A DNA stretch of 64,000 nt from Bugula neritina (Eukaryota; Animalia; Bryozoa): positions 2,326,741 to 2,390,740 of the forward strand of contig OZ037768.1 in the NCBI GenBank assembly GCA_964035545.1, written 5' to 3'. A program made the translations under genes and the position numbers. This document shows positions 39,875 to 53,794 of the stretch, piece by piece; the stretch's first letter is position 1, and the number at the start of each line of letters is the position of its first letter. Below the pieces are notes generated by a model. It ran no database searches. It had not been told where the DNA came from and worked only from the letters and a program-made list of their open reading frames with translations.

Positions 39875-42800
39875 AATTTATTATGCTGCATTATGCTTTG
39901 TATGTTTATGCAAATACAGTATAACTAATTGCACCTTCTACGCATATACTTCGTCTCTTCACACATTGATACTATTTTGTACAAACACGCTGGATACCTA
40001 TAAATAAATTATCAGAAATTGGAAGCCAGTTCTGGCAAAGCTTCATAATTACTAATAATAGCAAATCTATTCTCAATGATTGATGTGATTACCAGTTTCA
40101 GCATATACATGTGACCTACATTTTAACTTACACAGTAAGTATCTGGCACTAATAACTTACACTGTAGCATACAATACAAAAACACTCTTAACTTAAACTA
40201 TAACAACTTAGACTCTGTGAGACAGTAGGAACTCAACTGGGTTGCCACGGTTACTAGGAAAGCTGGCTGGTGAAAAAACAACTGCTTTATTACGTTTACT
40301 GACTGGTTTTAGTCTGTTCACTTTACAAACTAATTATGCAACTCAGTAGAAATATTATGTAACATGTAATATATGTCAAATACTAGGAAGGGCTGAATAG
40401 CCATCAGTGGTGCTGGATTAGCATTCTACAGTTTGCATAGCAAACAGCTGCATGGAGACAATGGGGTGTGTGCAGTCAAAACTCTAAACCATTAATGAAT
40501 CTGAAAAGATAGCACCCTGTGGAGAATAAAGCACAAAGGCCATGAGGTTAAAGCTAGTTGCAATAATATATTTATCATAAGTTATATAAACAAGCTGGAA
40601 ACTAATTAAAACTGACACCCATCACATTTATATTACAAAATGTGTTGTATAAAACATGTGTTATACATAATATGACTTTCAAAAATCACTTATAATTAAA
40701 ATTTATAAATAGTTTTAAAACCTGCAACAATAATTTCTATTGAAACACTACTTAAAAAATAGTATTATTATACATAATATTATAAAGTAGGTGATATAAT
40801 AGAATATTAAATATATAACATATACATATGATGTAATATAATTGTAGATAGTTTTATATAATATATTATCATTATATCAAATTCTAAGCTTACCTTTGGT
40901 TTTATTTGTATTGTTGTGGCAATTTATTGAACGCATGTTGTATAATAATATAGGCTATAAAATATCACAAGAAATTAATATTGCCTGTAATAACGACTGT
41001 ATGTTTGCTTAGGGAGTTATCATACTTCTATTTATATTAGCTAAGAGAGGATAACTTCTATCAACCTAAACTAGCTTTTACAATAACCCAATCAATACCA
41101 GCAAGTGGGATTAAATCTAAAATCGTGTGCTTCAGATACAGCTTACTTATAATTGCTGAACTTAGAACATATAATTCAAGATCTATGAATTCACAAACGT
41201 AGGTATATAACTGTACTGCTTTTATGTTATATTAGTTAAAAAAAGGTATGAATTTTGTCTTGTATGTTTTCAAATTGACAGCCACCCACTATATATAGCT
41301 ACGTTGTAGTATGAAATGAATTTTTTCTGCCAAAAGAGAACACAACTCCTAAGCACATAATTCAGTGTGTAGCTTCAGTGTGACAGCCAATAATTGTTAC
41401 TGTGTCCGCACGGATGCCTGTGTATTGTGACTCACTTAATAAAGGGTGAATGGATGGAGCACACAGAAGCAGGCCACAACTCTACTTTTTGTCTATTGCC
41501 AACAGTTTATATTTTTCACAAAACTCAAATTCAAACTGTAACCTATAACCATAAAACCATCTTGTTAACTTAACATTAATTAACACAGCTGACAAAACAT
41601 TTAGTTAATGAAGTTAAAAACAAAATATAATATAATACTTGATACTTACAGTTATTTGGACAATAAAGTCTAAGTTGCCTGCATCTTTAACAAGAGGAAA
41701 ATTGAGCTACACTGACTCATTGAACAAAAGCTACCAGTAAATAGCTATCGCGAAAGCTTTCACAAAAAGCTTTCATCACACAATGGTTTTCTCAAAATCA
41801 CCAAAAAAGCTTCTGCAGCATGCAACCTGTTGACTATATAGTAGCTAGTAGCTATATAGCTGTCTCCTACTAGTTCACTGGACATTTTGAAAAATATCAC
41901 TCAAAATTTTGCATATTATTGGTTATAAGAGAATTTATAGTAACAGCTTTAATAAGTGTATCTGTGATGGTGTTTGCCGTGCTGGCAGTTGTAGTGTAAG
42001 ATTGTCATCTTTACAAATTATTTTCTTTTTATTAATCTATCTCACTAATAAAATTGAGGCATTTTCTTTGTGCAAGAAGTCAGCACCAGAAACAACTGGC
42101 TTTACCCACAACTGGTTAATAAGAAACAATATTTTGTTCTACGCTTTGACAAGGCATCTGATTTTTTATATTGTTTACACAATAGAAGAGTGACTGTGCA
42201 TACACAATGGGTGATTAAGTAATATAACACAATAGTGGCATATATAGCAATAGCTAACCTGATAGTCGGCACATTCTTGGCATAAAGGGACATTAGTTAT
42301 GACAAAAACTAACATGATATTTTCTTGAGCATTCTTTATATGAGATTTTAACACGATTTTGTAAAGTTTAAAATAAAATCTGTGTTTACACTTACCTAAA
42401 AAAGATCATTTTTTTACTTGTTTCACGAAATAGTCTTTGCTTGGTGTTATTTATGTTCCCTGTCATAACTTACACTGGTGAAGTAGTAGCGCATTGCCTA
42501 TTTTATTCATACAGACATTCTGTGTTGATTATAATACAAGTTAGTAATTTAAAACCAAATTTTTAAATTCATGAAACAACTCTGAATTGAATTGTCAAAA
42601 AAGTTATTAATTAAATATTAAAATTTAATCTCTGATTGCTAACAAAAGGAAAACTCTAAATTTTTCAAAATATATTTTTGAATAATTCAACATAGTGTAA
42701 CAGAAAATAATATTCAATAAAAAAAGTTAAAAGTCATCTTGAAACACAGAATATTATCACCTAAGCTATGGGCTGCTTTGTTAGTGTTTACTCTACTCTA

Positions 42801-43292
42801 GTAACAACCCAAATCATAAACATATACAACAGAGTTTTTATAGTTTACCAACAGTACTAAAAATCAGCGTGTGCCACATATTCATCTCATATTGGAAAAT
42901 CTTGTTTTTCACCAACAAACTTCTTTTTCTACAAACTGAACACTGGTGAATGGAAGTCAGTCAGAGATAAGTTTGTAACTAGGTAATGTTTATTCTTTAA
43001 TTTTAGTGTAATTTTTATAGCGTATACACTTTCTCCTCCTTATCTTTGGTTATTAGTTCTGCCGCCACTATAAGCTATACACATTGTTAAGCTCTTTTAC
43101 TCTTGCCTGTTCAACCAATCAGAGATCTTCTATCATCTCTACCATATGACACTCTGAAAATGAAACACATTAGAAAATAACAATTTTAACAGAAGATTGA
43201 AAACTAACAAAAAAGATAAGGTATTCACTGTTTAGAAGAGTGAGAAAAGAACGTGATTTGATGAACAATAAAGCAGCAATATCATTGGACAG

Positions 43293-43376
43293 AGAAATAT
43301 CTTTCAGATGTTTACGGAGGGTGTATATTTAGGGTTACTAGGTTACAGAAGAATATTCATATAAAAGCAGCAGTTC
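43293..43376 (+). promoter_or_regulatory. LPMO-A proximal promoter: conserved 31-bp block plus TATA box
   Basis: 43293-43323 is identical to the reverse complement of 51833-51863 and contains TGTTTAC. CATATAAAAGCAGCAGTTC (43358-43376) is identical to the reverse complement of 51759-51777. Confidence 0.7.
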
Positions 43377-43462
43377 TACAAAGTCTGTAACATTTCGTCA
43401 CAGCTGACAAATATAACTACTTACAGTAACATGTATTGTCTTACTAAAATATGGGTGTAGAT

Positions 43463-46400
43463 ATGAAGTTCATGTTGACAGCTCTTGCAGTTATATTCTG
43501 TACGTACTTTCGGTTGGCTAATGTAAGTTATTCTTATCTTTAGTTTTTCACAAACTCTAAGTTTCTTCGATATAGACAGTGTGGTTATATGGTATTATAT
43601 AGTTAATACCAACTTGCACAAGAATTCTAATTCTTTTTATTGTTAAAATTTTAGCATATTAATGTCCTAGTATCTTTCTTTCTTATATATAGTAATATTA
43701 TATTATATTGTATATATTATATCATGTTATATTATGTGTACTATATATTACATTGTATTATGTATATCATGTTATACCATTATATGTGTTCTGCTATAAT
43801 TAGATATGGGCTGCTTTCAAAATATGGTATAATATAATACGTATAATATATTATATTATACCATATTTTGAAAGCAACCCACATCTAATTATAGCAGAAC
43901 ACATAGTATGATATATCCGCATTATTCTAGAATCTAGTAGAAAATGATAATAAAGATGTTATATAACCAGTATACATGTAGATCTAATTTGCTTTGTTCC
44001 GTTATATCAAGTTTACTTCACTACTTTACTTTAAGGTTCTGTTATTTCAGGGACATGGTTACATGCTGGATCCACCAGGCAGATCAACTGCATGGAGAAA
44101 GAACTTTACCACTCCTGTAAATTATAATGATGATAGTATCCATTGTGAAGAGCATGATGTAAGTGTATATCTTGATTTTCTTTAATGAGTCTCTTTGTAG
44201 AAATTATATATTTAATTAATATTGTATTACAAATATTATAAAATATGTTAAGTTAAATAAAGTGAAAGTTGGTTTATAAACGAACATGCAATCTTCTTTG
44301 AATGCCTGCCTTCTACGTGATTGCTTTATCATTAGAAAGAAAAAGTGAAACCTCAAAATATTTGAAATAGTTTAGGAAGATTCCCATGTTATTTCTTAGT
44401 ACCTCAAAAATTGTTTGAAGCAGATATAAAATCCGAGTGAAGTTACTGAGTCATCTATTGGATACGTGGACAGTTACCTAGAGAGAGAACATTTTCAGCT
44501 ATTTATACTACAATTGAAAATAATGTGACCAGATCCATAATTTAAATTTGTATAGTAGTTATAGCTGTGTACAATCTCAACTTTAAAGTGTCAACAGAAT
44601 ATTTCAAACGAATCCAGTTTTTGATCGATTGGTGATGCTAGCAGCACACAATGATTGTCTATTTGAAGCTGTTAAATGAGTTGGCACATCTGATACTTAT
44701 CTAAAAACTGTTTTCTAATTACAAATTGACTTTGTAAATAATATAGGAACAGCACAACACCAATGGCGAAAAATGTGGTGTATGTGGAGACGACTATTCA
44801 TCAACCAACAAACAACAAGAACCTGGTCCTGGTAATCGTTATGCTACAGGAACTATTGTTGCTACTTACAATGCAGGACAATACAGTGAGTACTGGTGGT
44901 CTATTTCCTGTTACAGTGTACGCTTGTCATTTTCAGAAATTATCAGCAAAACAGATCTGTAGAATTCAAAGTCATTCTGCATCAAGTAATATATTTGACT
45001 GCAATCTCAAAACAAATCTATTTCTACTAAATTAAACTTCCATAGTTTTTAATTGATTTTAGTAACCATAAAGAGCATGCTGACAGCCTACCACAAAGGA
45101 TACTTTGAGATTAAGTTGTGTCAAAATAATATTCCTCAGAGAGGATATGATGCTTCAGTGGCTGTAACACAGTCTTGCTTTGACCTAAACCTGTTGAAAG
45201 CATCAAATGGAGCTACCAGATATTCATATTCACCAATTCTTATCCGAAGCAGCAAGTATAATGAACAAAATAAGCCCTTGGGAGATTGCTCTCAAACTAT
45301 AAAACATTATATATAATTAGATTCTAATTAACAAAAAACTTGTCTGTTATGACAAGTTTAGATGGGTTTTAGAATTACAGCCAAGCCAGGCACAAACATA
45401 TTCACTGTGAAGTTACCTGAAGGTATTACATGTGAGGCTTGTGTATTGCAATGGAAATACCGTGCAGGTGAGTTTGATAAAATCATTTGTCACATCCCAC
45501 ACCTAAACTCATTAGTTAGTAGTGATTTGTAGTACATAAGAGTAGAAATTTTACAAAATGGAACATTCTGCTGGGATGAAGGTAAATTTCTGCAGCATTG
45601 TCTGAGATACAACTGCTCTTCACATTTATATAAAAAATATATCTTTGAAAAATAATGTACCATGTAGGCAGACAGAGTTCACTTTTGAGTTTGGCTTTGT
45701 GTTGAATAATTGTATTTTGAGTGCTGGTTAATATGTCATGTGATTAAAGGTAACAGCTGGGGTCAAGAGTATGTAGATGGTGAACTGGTTAGTGGATTAG
45801 GCTATGGATCACAGGAAGAATTTATCAGCTGTGCTGATGTGAAGATAGTCTCTTCTGGTGAGTTATCCTCTCTTTGAATTTTACTACAAATTCATAGTAT
45901 TGGATTGTGTTGTATTGTATTGTGTTGTGTTGTGTTGTGCTGTGCTGTGCTGTGTTGTGTTGTATTGTGTTGTGTTGTGTTGTGTTGTGTTGTGTTGTGT
46001 TGTATTGTATTGTATTGTATTGTATTGTATGCCATCAATAGAATGGCTGCTAATGTCTCATAGAATTGATCAGTACTTGAGTACAAATCATTCTGAATAC
46101 AAAGGATATAAGCAATAATATGTTTTATGCAGGTGTTGATGTATCCAACAAATCACAATCTAATACCGTGGCACTTAAAAAACTTTGGATACCAACTATT
46201 AGAAAATCCAAACTTTCTACTATTTTCTCCACCGCTTCAAAGAAAACTCTTTGCTATGGGAAAAGGTCTGAATTCGATGCGTTGTGTACCGAGATTTGTG
46301 CCATGAAAAACTGTGACAATTATAACTGCTGGTGTGATGACAATCCTGTGCTGCCAACCAAGAAAGTCTGTGAAGGTGCCTTTAAAGAATGGTGTGAGAT

Positions 46401-46479
46401 TAAGTGCAATCATATTTCTTTTTATTGCCCATTTTCTTATTGCTCTTGTCAACACGTTCAATTTGACCCTCGGGTTTAA
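43463..46479 (+). CDS. AA15-type lytic polysaccharide monooxygenase (LPMO-A) with two C-terminal 6-Cys modules; possibly pseudogenising
   Basis: Exons 43463-43522, 44051-44158, 44747-44885, 45063-45219, 45373-45467, 45750-45857, 46133-46479. Signal peptide followed by G|HGYMLDPPGRSTAWR, KCGVCGD, LTAYHKGYFE, CVLQWKY, GNSWG and QEEFISCAD. The exon 4 donor is AT instead of GT. Confidence 0.8.
43783..43905. repeat. Long inverted repeat (57-bp arms, 9-nt loop) in LPMO-A intron 1
   Basis: 43783-43839 pairs with 43849-43905 with 2 mismatches. Confidence 0.9.
45905..46030. repeat. (TTGTG/TTGTA)n pentanucleotide microsatellite in LPMO-A intron 6
   Basis: Seen directly; a short remnant is present in the equivalent LPMO-B intron (about 48712-48740). 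Confidence 0.9.
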
Positions 46480-48273
46480 CAACATTGTATTTCTCTGTGC
46501 ATACAGTTCACTCAACATATTAATTTAAAACTGTAGACGTTGCTTACTGCCTAACATATTTTAATTAGTACATAAGTGATTCTTTTCATAAAATTAATGA
46601 CAACCACTTTGGTTTTAAATTAAAAACTTTGTTTGTAGAATAGAACAAATTTGTTGTTTCAAATAAATTTTATTGCTTGTGAAAAACACCTGTTCACTTT
46701 TTCTCTCAAAATTATAATATTGTAATACATCTGCAATATTACAGCCATACATATTCTCGCCACCCGCGCAGGACCACGGCAGTGAAAGGTGGCCATTACA
46801 GCTGTACATATTGAGATTTGTAACCTCTATGTTTGACTACTGATGAGAGATCCATTGGAAATATACTACAAGAGTGATTTTAAAATGAAAGATATAAACA
46901 TGCTTTAAGCATGCATTTTGAAAATGCTACCAATTTGTGCAAGAGTTGCAATAATGAAGATAAACGCTATATTACGTATTATATTATATTTTTAGTTCTG
47001 ATTTTAAAGTTACAGCATGGAGATCAATCAAACATCGGAGTGGAGTTCAGCTTTGACAGTTCAACCATATAAATTTTCGCTATGCAGAATTGTTCCAATA
47101 AGTTCAAGCAATAAGTTACACTTTGTGTTATAAAACTTTAGGCATCTTGATTCACAAAAGGAGACAACTCTGAAATTATCACGAAAATCCCAAAAAATTA
47201 TGGGAGGACAACTCTATATTAAAATTAAGTAATGAAAGCATCAACCACGTATGGCACGGGTTTACTTTTGAACTACAAAATATTTGACATAAAAATTACA
47301 TTAAACTAAATGCATGTGTAAAGTGTACTAACTAAACAAGACTGAATTAAAGTGTAAGTGAAAAGTTTATACAATCTCTTTTTGAGTGAAACATCCTGTA
47401 TCTAGAAAATGCACACTATGATGGTTGGAGTTGTGCTACACTTATGGGTCTAATTTGTGAATTGGGAATTGAAAGAAAATGTTGAAAATGTTGAAAGCTA
47501 GTTATTTCAAGGATTGTCTGCATTGTCCTTTTATTTTCAGACTATGATTTGATAATAATATCTCTCAATAAGCTATGCACCTACTAGCACTAAAATATTA
47601 CTACTAAGTTGTCTTTAAAAGTATGGCTAATCATAATAGAAGACTGGGATATGATGTTATATGACTTAGATTTATAAAACAGAAAAGTATAACTTAGGGT
47701 CGTGTAATTGAAATATAATTTCTTATAACACATGCATCCTCATTTTACAGGGATATTTCATATTTTTAAAATTCTGAGCAGAAGTAAATTAGAGACAATT
47801 GCTGAGTTGTAACTTGATATTTTTTTTCAGGTGATGGTTTGTGCGTTCTGCAACATTTTTGAATAGAAAAATAAAGTTTGTTTCTGGGTGTATTCTCAAA
47901 GGAATTCAAGCTTCTTATTTTATAGAATAATAATAATAGTCTGCTCGTAATAAGCATACTATAAAGTTATAAATTATACGTTCTCAATCATACAATCATA
48001 AATTACAGGTGCATGTTATGTAGCTGCATATATTACAGGTCTATTCTATCACAATATTTTTGAGAAAGTGGAAAAGTGTTTTTCAGAAACAATGAACTTT
48101 ATTAATTGAAACAAAAACTGTATTCGGTGAATAAATATTAGTTTAATAACTAACAAGTACAATATCATAAAATCAAAATGATTGTCTGTAATTTTACATA
48201 AAGCAATACTGTGTAGAAATACTTGGTAAAGAAACTAACATCAGCTAAGATTTATAGAGGAGTACTAAAATTG

Positions 48274-51200
48274 TCAAACTCGAGGGTCAAACTGAACATC
48301 TTGACATGTACAGTGAGAAGCTGGGCAGTATGAAGGAATGTGATTACAGTTGTTTTCACACCAGACTTTGTGGACACCTTCACAGACCTTCTTGGTAGGC
48401 AGCACAGGATTGTCCTCACACCAACAGTAGTTAGGGTTACAGTTCCCCATGGCACAGTTGTTGGTACACCAAGCATTGAATTCAGACTTTTTATCATAGC
48501 AGCGAGTTTTCTTGGCAGTTGTGGAGAGAATAGCAGAAAGTGTGGATTTCCCAGTAGTTTGGATCTTATCTGTTGTAGGTTTTAGAGTAGTAGATTGATT
48601 CAAGTTGGTTACAGCACCATCTACATTAAACATTACAATTGGTTTACATTCAGAATGATTTGTGCTCAATTGATGAGTAATTCTATGAAACACAAGCAAC
48701 CACACTTATAACGACATACAATACAACAACACAACATAATATAAATCAGCAGTACCAGTAATTTGTAGTAGAGTTTGTAATAAAATTCAAGGAGAGGATA
48801 ACTCACCAGAAGAAACTATCTTCACATCAGCACAGTTAATAAATTCTTCCTGTGATCCATAGCCTAATCCACTAACCAGTTCACCATCTACATACTCTTG
48901 ACCCCAGTTGTTACCTTTAATCATATGATGATGATTTGATTATTAGAATACAGTTAAAAAACAAACACTTTCTGTTAACATAGTATTTTAAGCTTCATGT
49001 ATAGAAATTGAATTTATATTCAAAAATGAATTTAGCAAAATAAACTGGTTATTCAAGTTTTAAGTTCTAGAATCAACTCATCATTGCAGTAAGGGATTAT
49101 TCCTTCCAAAATGGTAATCAATAAATTGCCATAAAAGTTCTCCCTCCCCAGTCGCTACCAACTGATAGTTTTATAGGCAACAAATTTAGAAAGTGAAGCA
49201 TGGTTATATCCAACTCACCTGCCCGATATCTCCACTGCAATACACAAGCCTCACACGTGACTCCTTCAGGTAACTTCACAGTAAATATGTTTGTACCTGA
49301 CATAGCTGTAATTCTAAAATCCACACTGAATTGTCACAACTCTAGTCAATATATTATGTGAATGTTGTAATGTTTAGAATCTGATCATGTAAAGTTGTGT
49401 AATAAACTATACCATTTCATACAAATTTATATAATACATTTACATATAATATACACAAATTTAATGATGTTCATATTTGCTGCTGTAGATAACAGTTGGT
49501 GAATTTAATTACCTGGTAGCTCCATTTGATGCTTTCAACAGGTTTACGTCAAAGCAAGACTGTGTTACAGCCACTGAAGCATCATACCCTCTCTGAGGAA
49601 TATTATTCTGACACAACTTAATCTCAAAGTATCCTTTGTGGTAGGCTGTCAGCATGCTCTTTATGGTTACTAAAGTCAATTAAAAACTATGGAAATTTAA
49701 TTTAGTAGAAATAGATCTGTATTGAGATTGCAGTCAAATATATATTATACAGTATACTTAAATTACTTGATGCAGAATGACTTTGAATTCTAATGCAGAT
49801 CTATTTTGCTGATAATTTCTAAAAATGGCAAGCGTACACTGTAACAGGAAATAGACCACCAGTACTCACTGTATTGTCCGGCATTGTAAGTAGCAACAAT
49901 AGTTCCTGTAGCATACCGATTACCAGGGCCAGGTTCTTGTTGTTTGTTGGTTGATGAATAGTCGTCTCCACATACACCACACTTTCCACCATTCACGTTG
50001 TGCTGTTTCTGTAGGACATAAATTTTATAATTGTTTCAACACTTCAGCCTAGCTATCAATTGTTAGCTGGTATAATAAACAGAGCATTTCTTTATCAAAC
50101 AAATGAAATACTACAGCTTCTGCTACAGGGTTTATATATCACAGATCTAGCAATATAATATATCAGTTTCACAAAACTGTTAAACTTTAAAGATAGTATT
50201 GTAACCACATGCATAGGGGCATCAGGATAACTGCCCTGCCAATGGGCCAATGTACGTGAGGGTACTAATAAGCAAATACCACAACATATAACTAACCCTT
50301 ACTTATATATTGTATATATAATATAACTAGAATATCTGAATGCAGTTTGTTGTTAGCTGTTGACTCATAGAGCAACCAAAAATATATGTGTTAATGATGA
50401 TCAAATTACATCTGATAAAACTGAGTTATCACTGTTATAAAATAACGCTAATGAAAGGAAGTGCTAGTTATAAGACCAGTCAAGTGATCCTCTCACCACT
50501 GTGTGATATCATATGATAGCGAATTTGGGGGGGGGAAAAAACTTATGAAGTTAACATGAAAAAGTATCATTTATTTTGTTTATCAAATTATCACAGAACA
50601 TTGTTATCATTTTTAGATGAAAAGCAAGTCTTAGAAAACAGTTGTCTGACAGGGATAGCTTTTATAAATAAAGCTAATAAAAATGTATGCATGTTGAAAT
50701 TTTCTGTAGCTAAATAGGAATATCTATAAATAAGAAGTAATTGTAACAGCATTAGCTACTTGGCAAATGAATATCTAAAACTCTGAAGCGTTTAAAGTTG
50801 CAGAGAATAAATAATGCTTTTCATGTGGTTTACAGTTACTAAATAGAATATACGCCTCTCTTTACAAGGCAGCAAACTATTTCTTGCCAAGTCATCTGCT
50901 AACAGCAACCGAAATACAGAACTTATGCGGCTTTTACCAAAACCTATCAACTTCAAGTTGCGGTTTTGAATTACTAAACAATTGATGAAGGTCTTAATAA
51001 ACCTACTCATGTATTTAAATGTTTAACATTGAGAGTTAACAGCTATTCCTAAAAACTGGCTAGGCTGTTTAGAAACTTCTTATTTACTTTATCAAGGCAG
51101 AAAGTAATTTTGTTTAATAATATGCTTACATTATATCCTCCACAGTTGAGACCATTGTCATCATAGTTGGCAGGAGTACTGAAGCCTGCTCTCCATGCAG

Positions 51201-51676
51201 TTGATCTGCCTGGTGGATTCAGTATGTAGCCATGTCCCTGAAACAACAGAACTTTATATTGAAACCAAGAACTAAGGCTATTAGATTTTGTTTGAAGTAA
51301 AAGTTGCATTTCAACTCTTTGAGTATATTATATATTTTACTTTCGTTTAAAATGAAGTGAAGAACTATTTTAGTTTAAGAATAAAGCTGATACTTTATCA
51401 CTGAATCAAAATGAGTATATTGAAATTAGTTTTGTTATAAATACGTGTGCTTTTTCAATATATTATAGTCTTAAATCCATCATATCATAAAAAGCAATAC
51501 AAATACAATGGCAATAGCATGTTAAGTAAGTTTAATAATCCAACAGGATAAAAGTAATTTGCTATAAAATAGCAATATAATATAATAAATTTTTTTTAGA
51601 AAATTGATAAATTACTTACGTTAACCAACTGTGAGAGAGTGCAGCATACTGCAAAAATTGTCAACAGAAGCTTCAT
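48274..51676 (-). CDS. AA15-type lytic polysaccharide monooxygenase (LPMO-B), intact, about 336 aa, with Thr-rich linker and two 6-Cys modules
   Basis: Exons 51620-51676, 51130-51237, 49870-50008, 49513-49669, 49219-49313, 48807-48914, 48274-48620. Histidine brace formed by His1 in HGYILNPPGRS and the His in TAYHKG. Motifs DNGLNCGG, KCGVCGD, CVLQWRYRAGNNWG and QEEFINCAD. All introns are GT-AG. Confidence 0.92.
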
Positions 51677-51758
51677 ACCGTCACACATTTACTTAGTTAA
51701 TATGTGTATAACTGTAACTGGTTTGGTTTCCAAGTGAGTGAATGCCATGAAATGTGTG

Positions 51759-51863
51759 GAACTGCTGCTTTTATATGCTTATTCTTTTGTAGCCTAGCCA
51801 CTAGCTGTGTAGTGCAGTTGGGGGTGGGCATGCACCCTCCGTAAACATCTGAAAGATATTTCT
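51759..51863 (-). promoter_or_regulatory. LPMO-B proximal promoter: conserved 31-bp block plus TATA box
   Basis: Mirror of the LPMO-A promoter blocks; TATAAAA lies about 95 nt upstream of the ATG at 51676. Confidence 0.7.
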
Positions 51864-53794
51864 GTCTATTACATAAAACTGCTCTATCAGTGATATAACA
51901 GATCTGCTCATTGATGTGTAAACATTCTGGGTCACTATTGGTGCTGATAGTGTCAATAAGCATTCCTTTTGGTGTTTCCTGGTTGGATGATTTCTAACCG
52001 CTCATCCAATCATGATGATTATTCTGACATACATCAATGTCTCTCCTTTTTGACTGCATGATTTGTTTACTGAGTGCTCAACTTTTGTAAAAAAATTTCA
52101 AGTTTTTACTGCTTTTCACTCAAAAGATACCATCAAGCTGCAAATTGTTAGAGAATTTTGGAAGCAGTAGTTCAGTGCAAGAAAATAGAATAGCATTACA
52201 ATGCTGAAGACGGTTAAAAAACTTATCTCTGCTTCCTCTCAATAATCCAGATATTATACTTAATTTATAGAAAAATATAGCTTTTTTGTAAAAATCAACC
52301 CTTTCTAATTCATTTGGTCAGATAATTATGTGACACTATAATTTGTTTGACTTCTCTCAGCTTTGCTGGCTAACTTTGGATATTTTCTCATGCTAATGTT
52401 CTCAGAAATAAAACTTTTTCTACTGCTTTGTGAATTTTTACTAATGTTATTTTGGCAACACTAAACAGAATGTTGAGGTTGTGAGCTCAAAGTATTACTG
52501 ATATGATGTTAAATCAATTCAGTGTTCACATTTGTAAAAAATTAGTCAGATTTCCAATTATTCTATTATCATGTTATTTTATTATAGCAGATCTACACTT
52601 TACAATCCCAGGCTTCATCTAAAGAGCCTAATCATGCTAGTAATCAGTCAAGTGTTCATGAAAACGCAATAAACTTTAATGAATTGTTAAAATACTAAGA
52701 ACAATAGTGATTCATCCTGGATCCCAATTACTGGAGGATTCAGGTTGTTACCCAATAAACTGCCAGGAAAGTAAACAAAGTGGTCCTTAAATGATCTGAT
52801 GTCCTCTGACATCATTTCTCTGACATCACATCCTTGTGCGTTATCAAAACATGACTAGGGTGATTACCCTGTTACACTAATTCTTGTTTTCTGTAGTACA
52901 CTGTACTATCACTGATGTAGTGCAATGTTATGTACATTATAGTAGTGATTTGATTTGCTAACCAACTATATGCACATCTTGATAGGCTGTAGAAAATCAC
53001 TGTTTCCGCAATAACTATTTTTGGAGAGAGCTATAAGTAGCCTACAGTGACTCAGACACTTGCTGATTAGAGTTACATTTATTTGCTGAAGACATTTATT
53101 GACATTAGAGCTGCATGTTTACATGCAGAGTGTTTGTTTCTGGAATGCTTTAACTTAAGTGATTATTCATTATGGATTGCAAAATGGGGCTATAAACTCT
53201 TTTTATGTTTGCAATGCTGGCTTTGTGTTAGCTTTATGGTAGAGATTTGCTGCTACAAGGATATAATTATATAATGATTAATTTAAGCCCCAACTTTTTA
53301 GAGAAAAGGTACCAAGAAGGGGGTACACCAAGAGAAGGGAAAGGGCTACAAAGAGAGAGATACAAAGAGAGGGGCGCTAAAGCATCAGGTTTGGTAAATT
53401 ATTCAGCTCGACCAGCCAAGATAATTATGATGATGACAAGCGCTGAGATGGCTTAGAAAGTCAATTACACTATCACTGCACATGGATAGGCTTTCAATAC
53501 CAAGTATTAATCACGAGGCTGATTGACGAAATTGTAACTGTGACACTTACAGCTTTAATCAAAGGCTCAAAGTGCTTTGAAAGGCAAACTGATAGATGAG
53601 ATTTCCTTAACGTACTAAGACTGTTGGGCATGAAATGAGTCATTAACATGAATAATGTTGTGTCTAATTATCACAACTGTGAATTAGCACTTTGTGAGTA
53701 CAAGCATGGAGACTATGAATATCCTACTCTCGATGCCACTCTATAATGACCAGAGATTGTTGAAGTTGGCTGGTTGGGGTAGAATATTAGTCAA

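Noticed and set aside
52930-53780. Possible decayed LINE fragment
   Set aside because: Only a vague compositional impression; no RT or endonuclease motif could be read.
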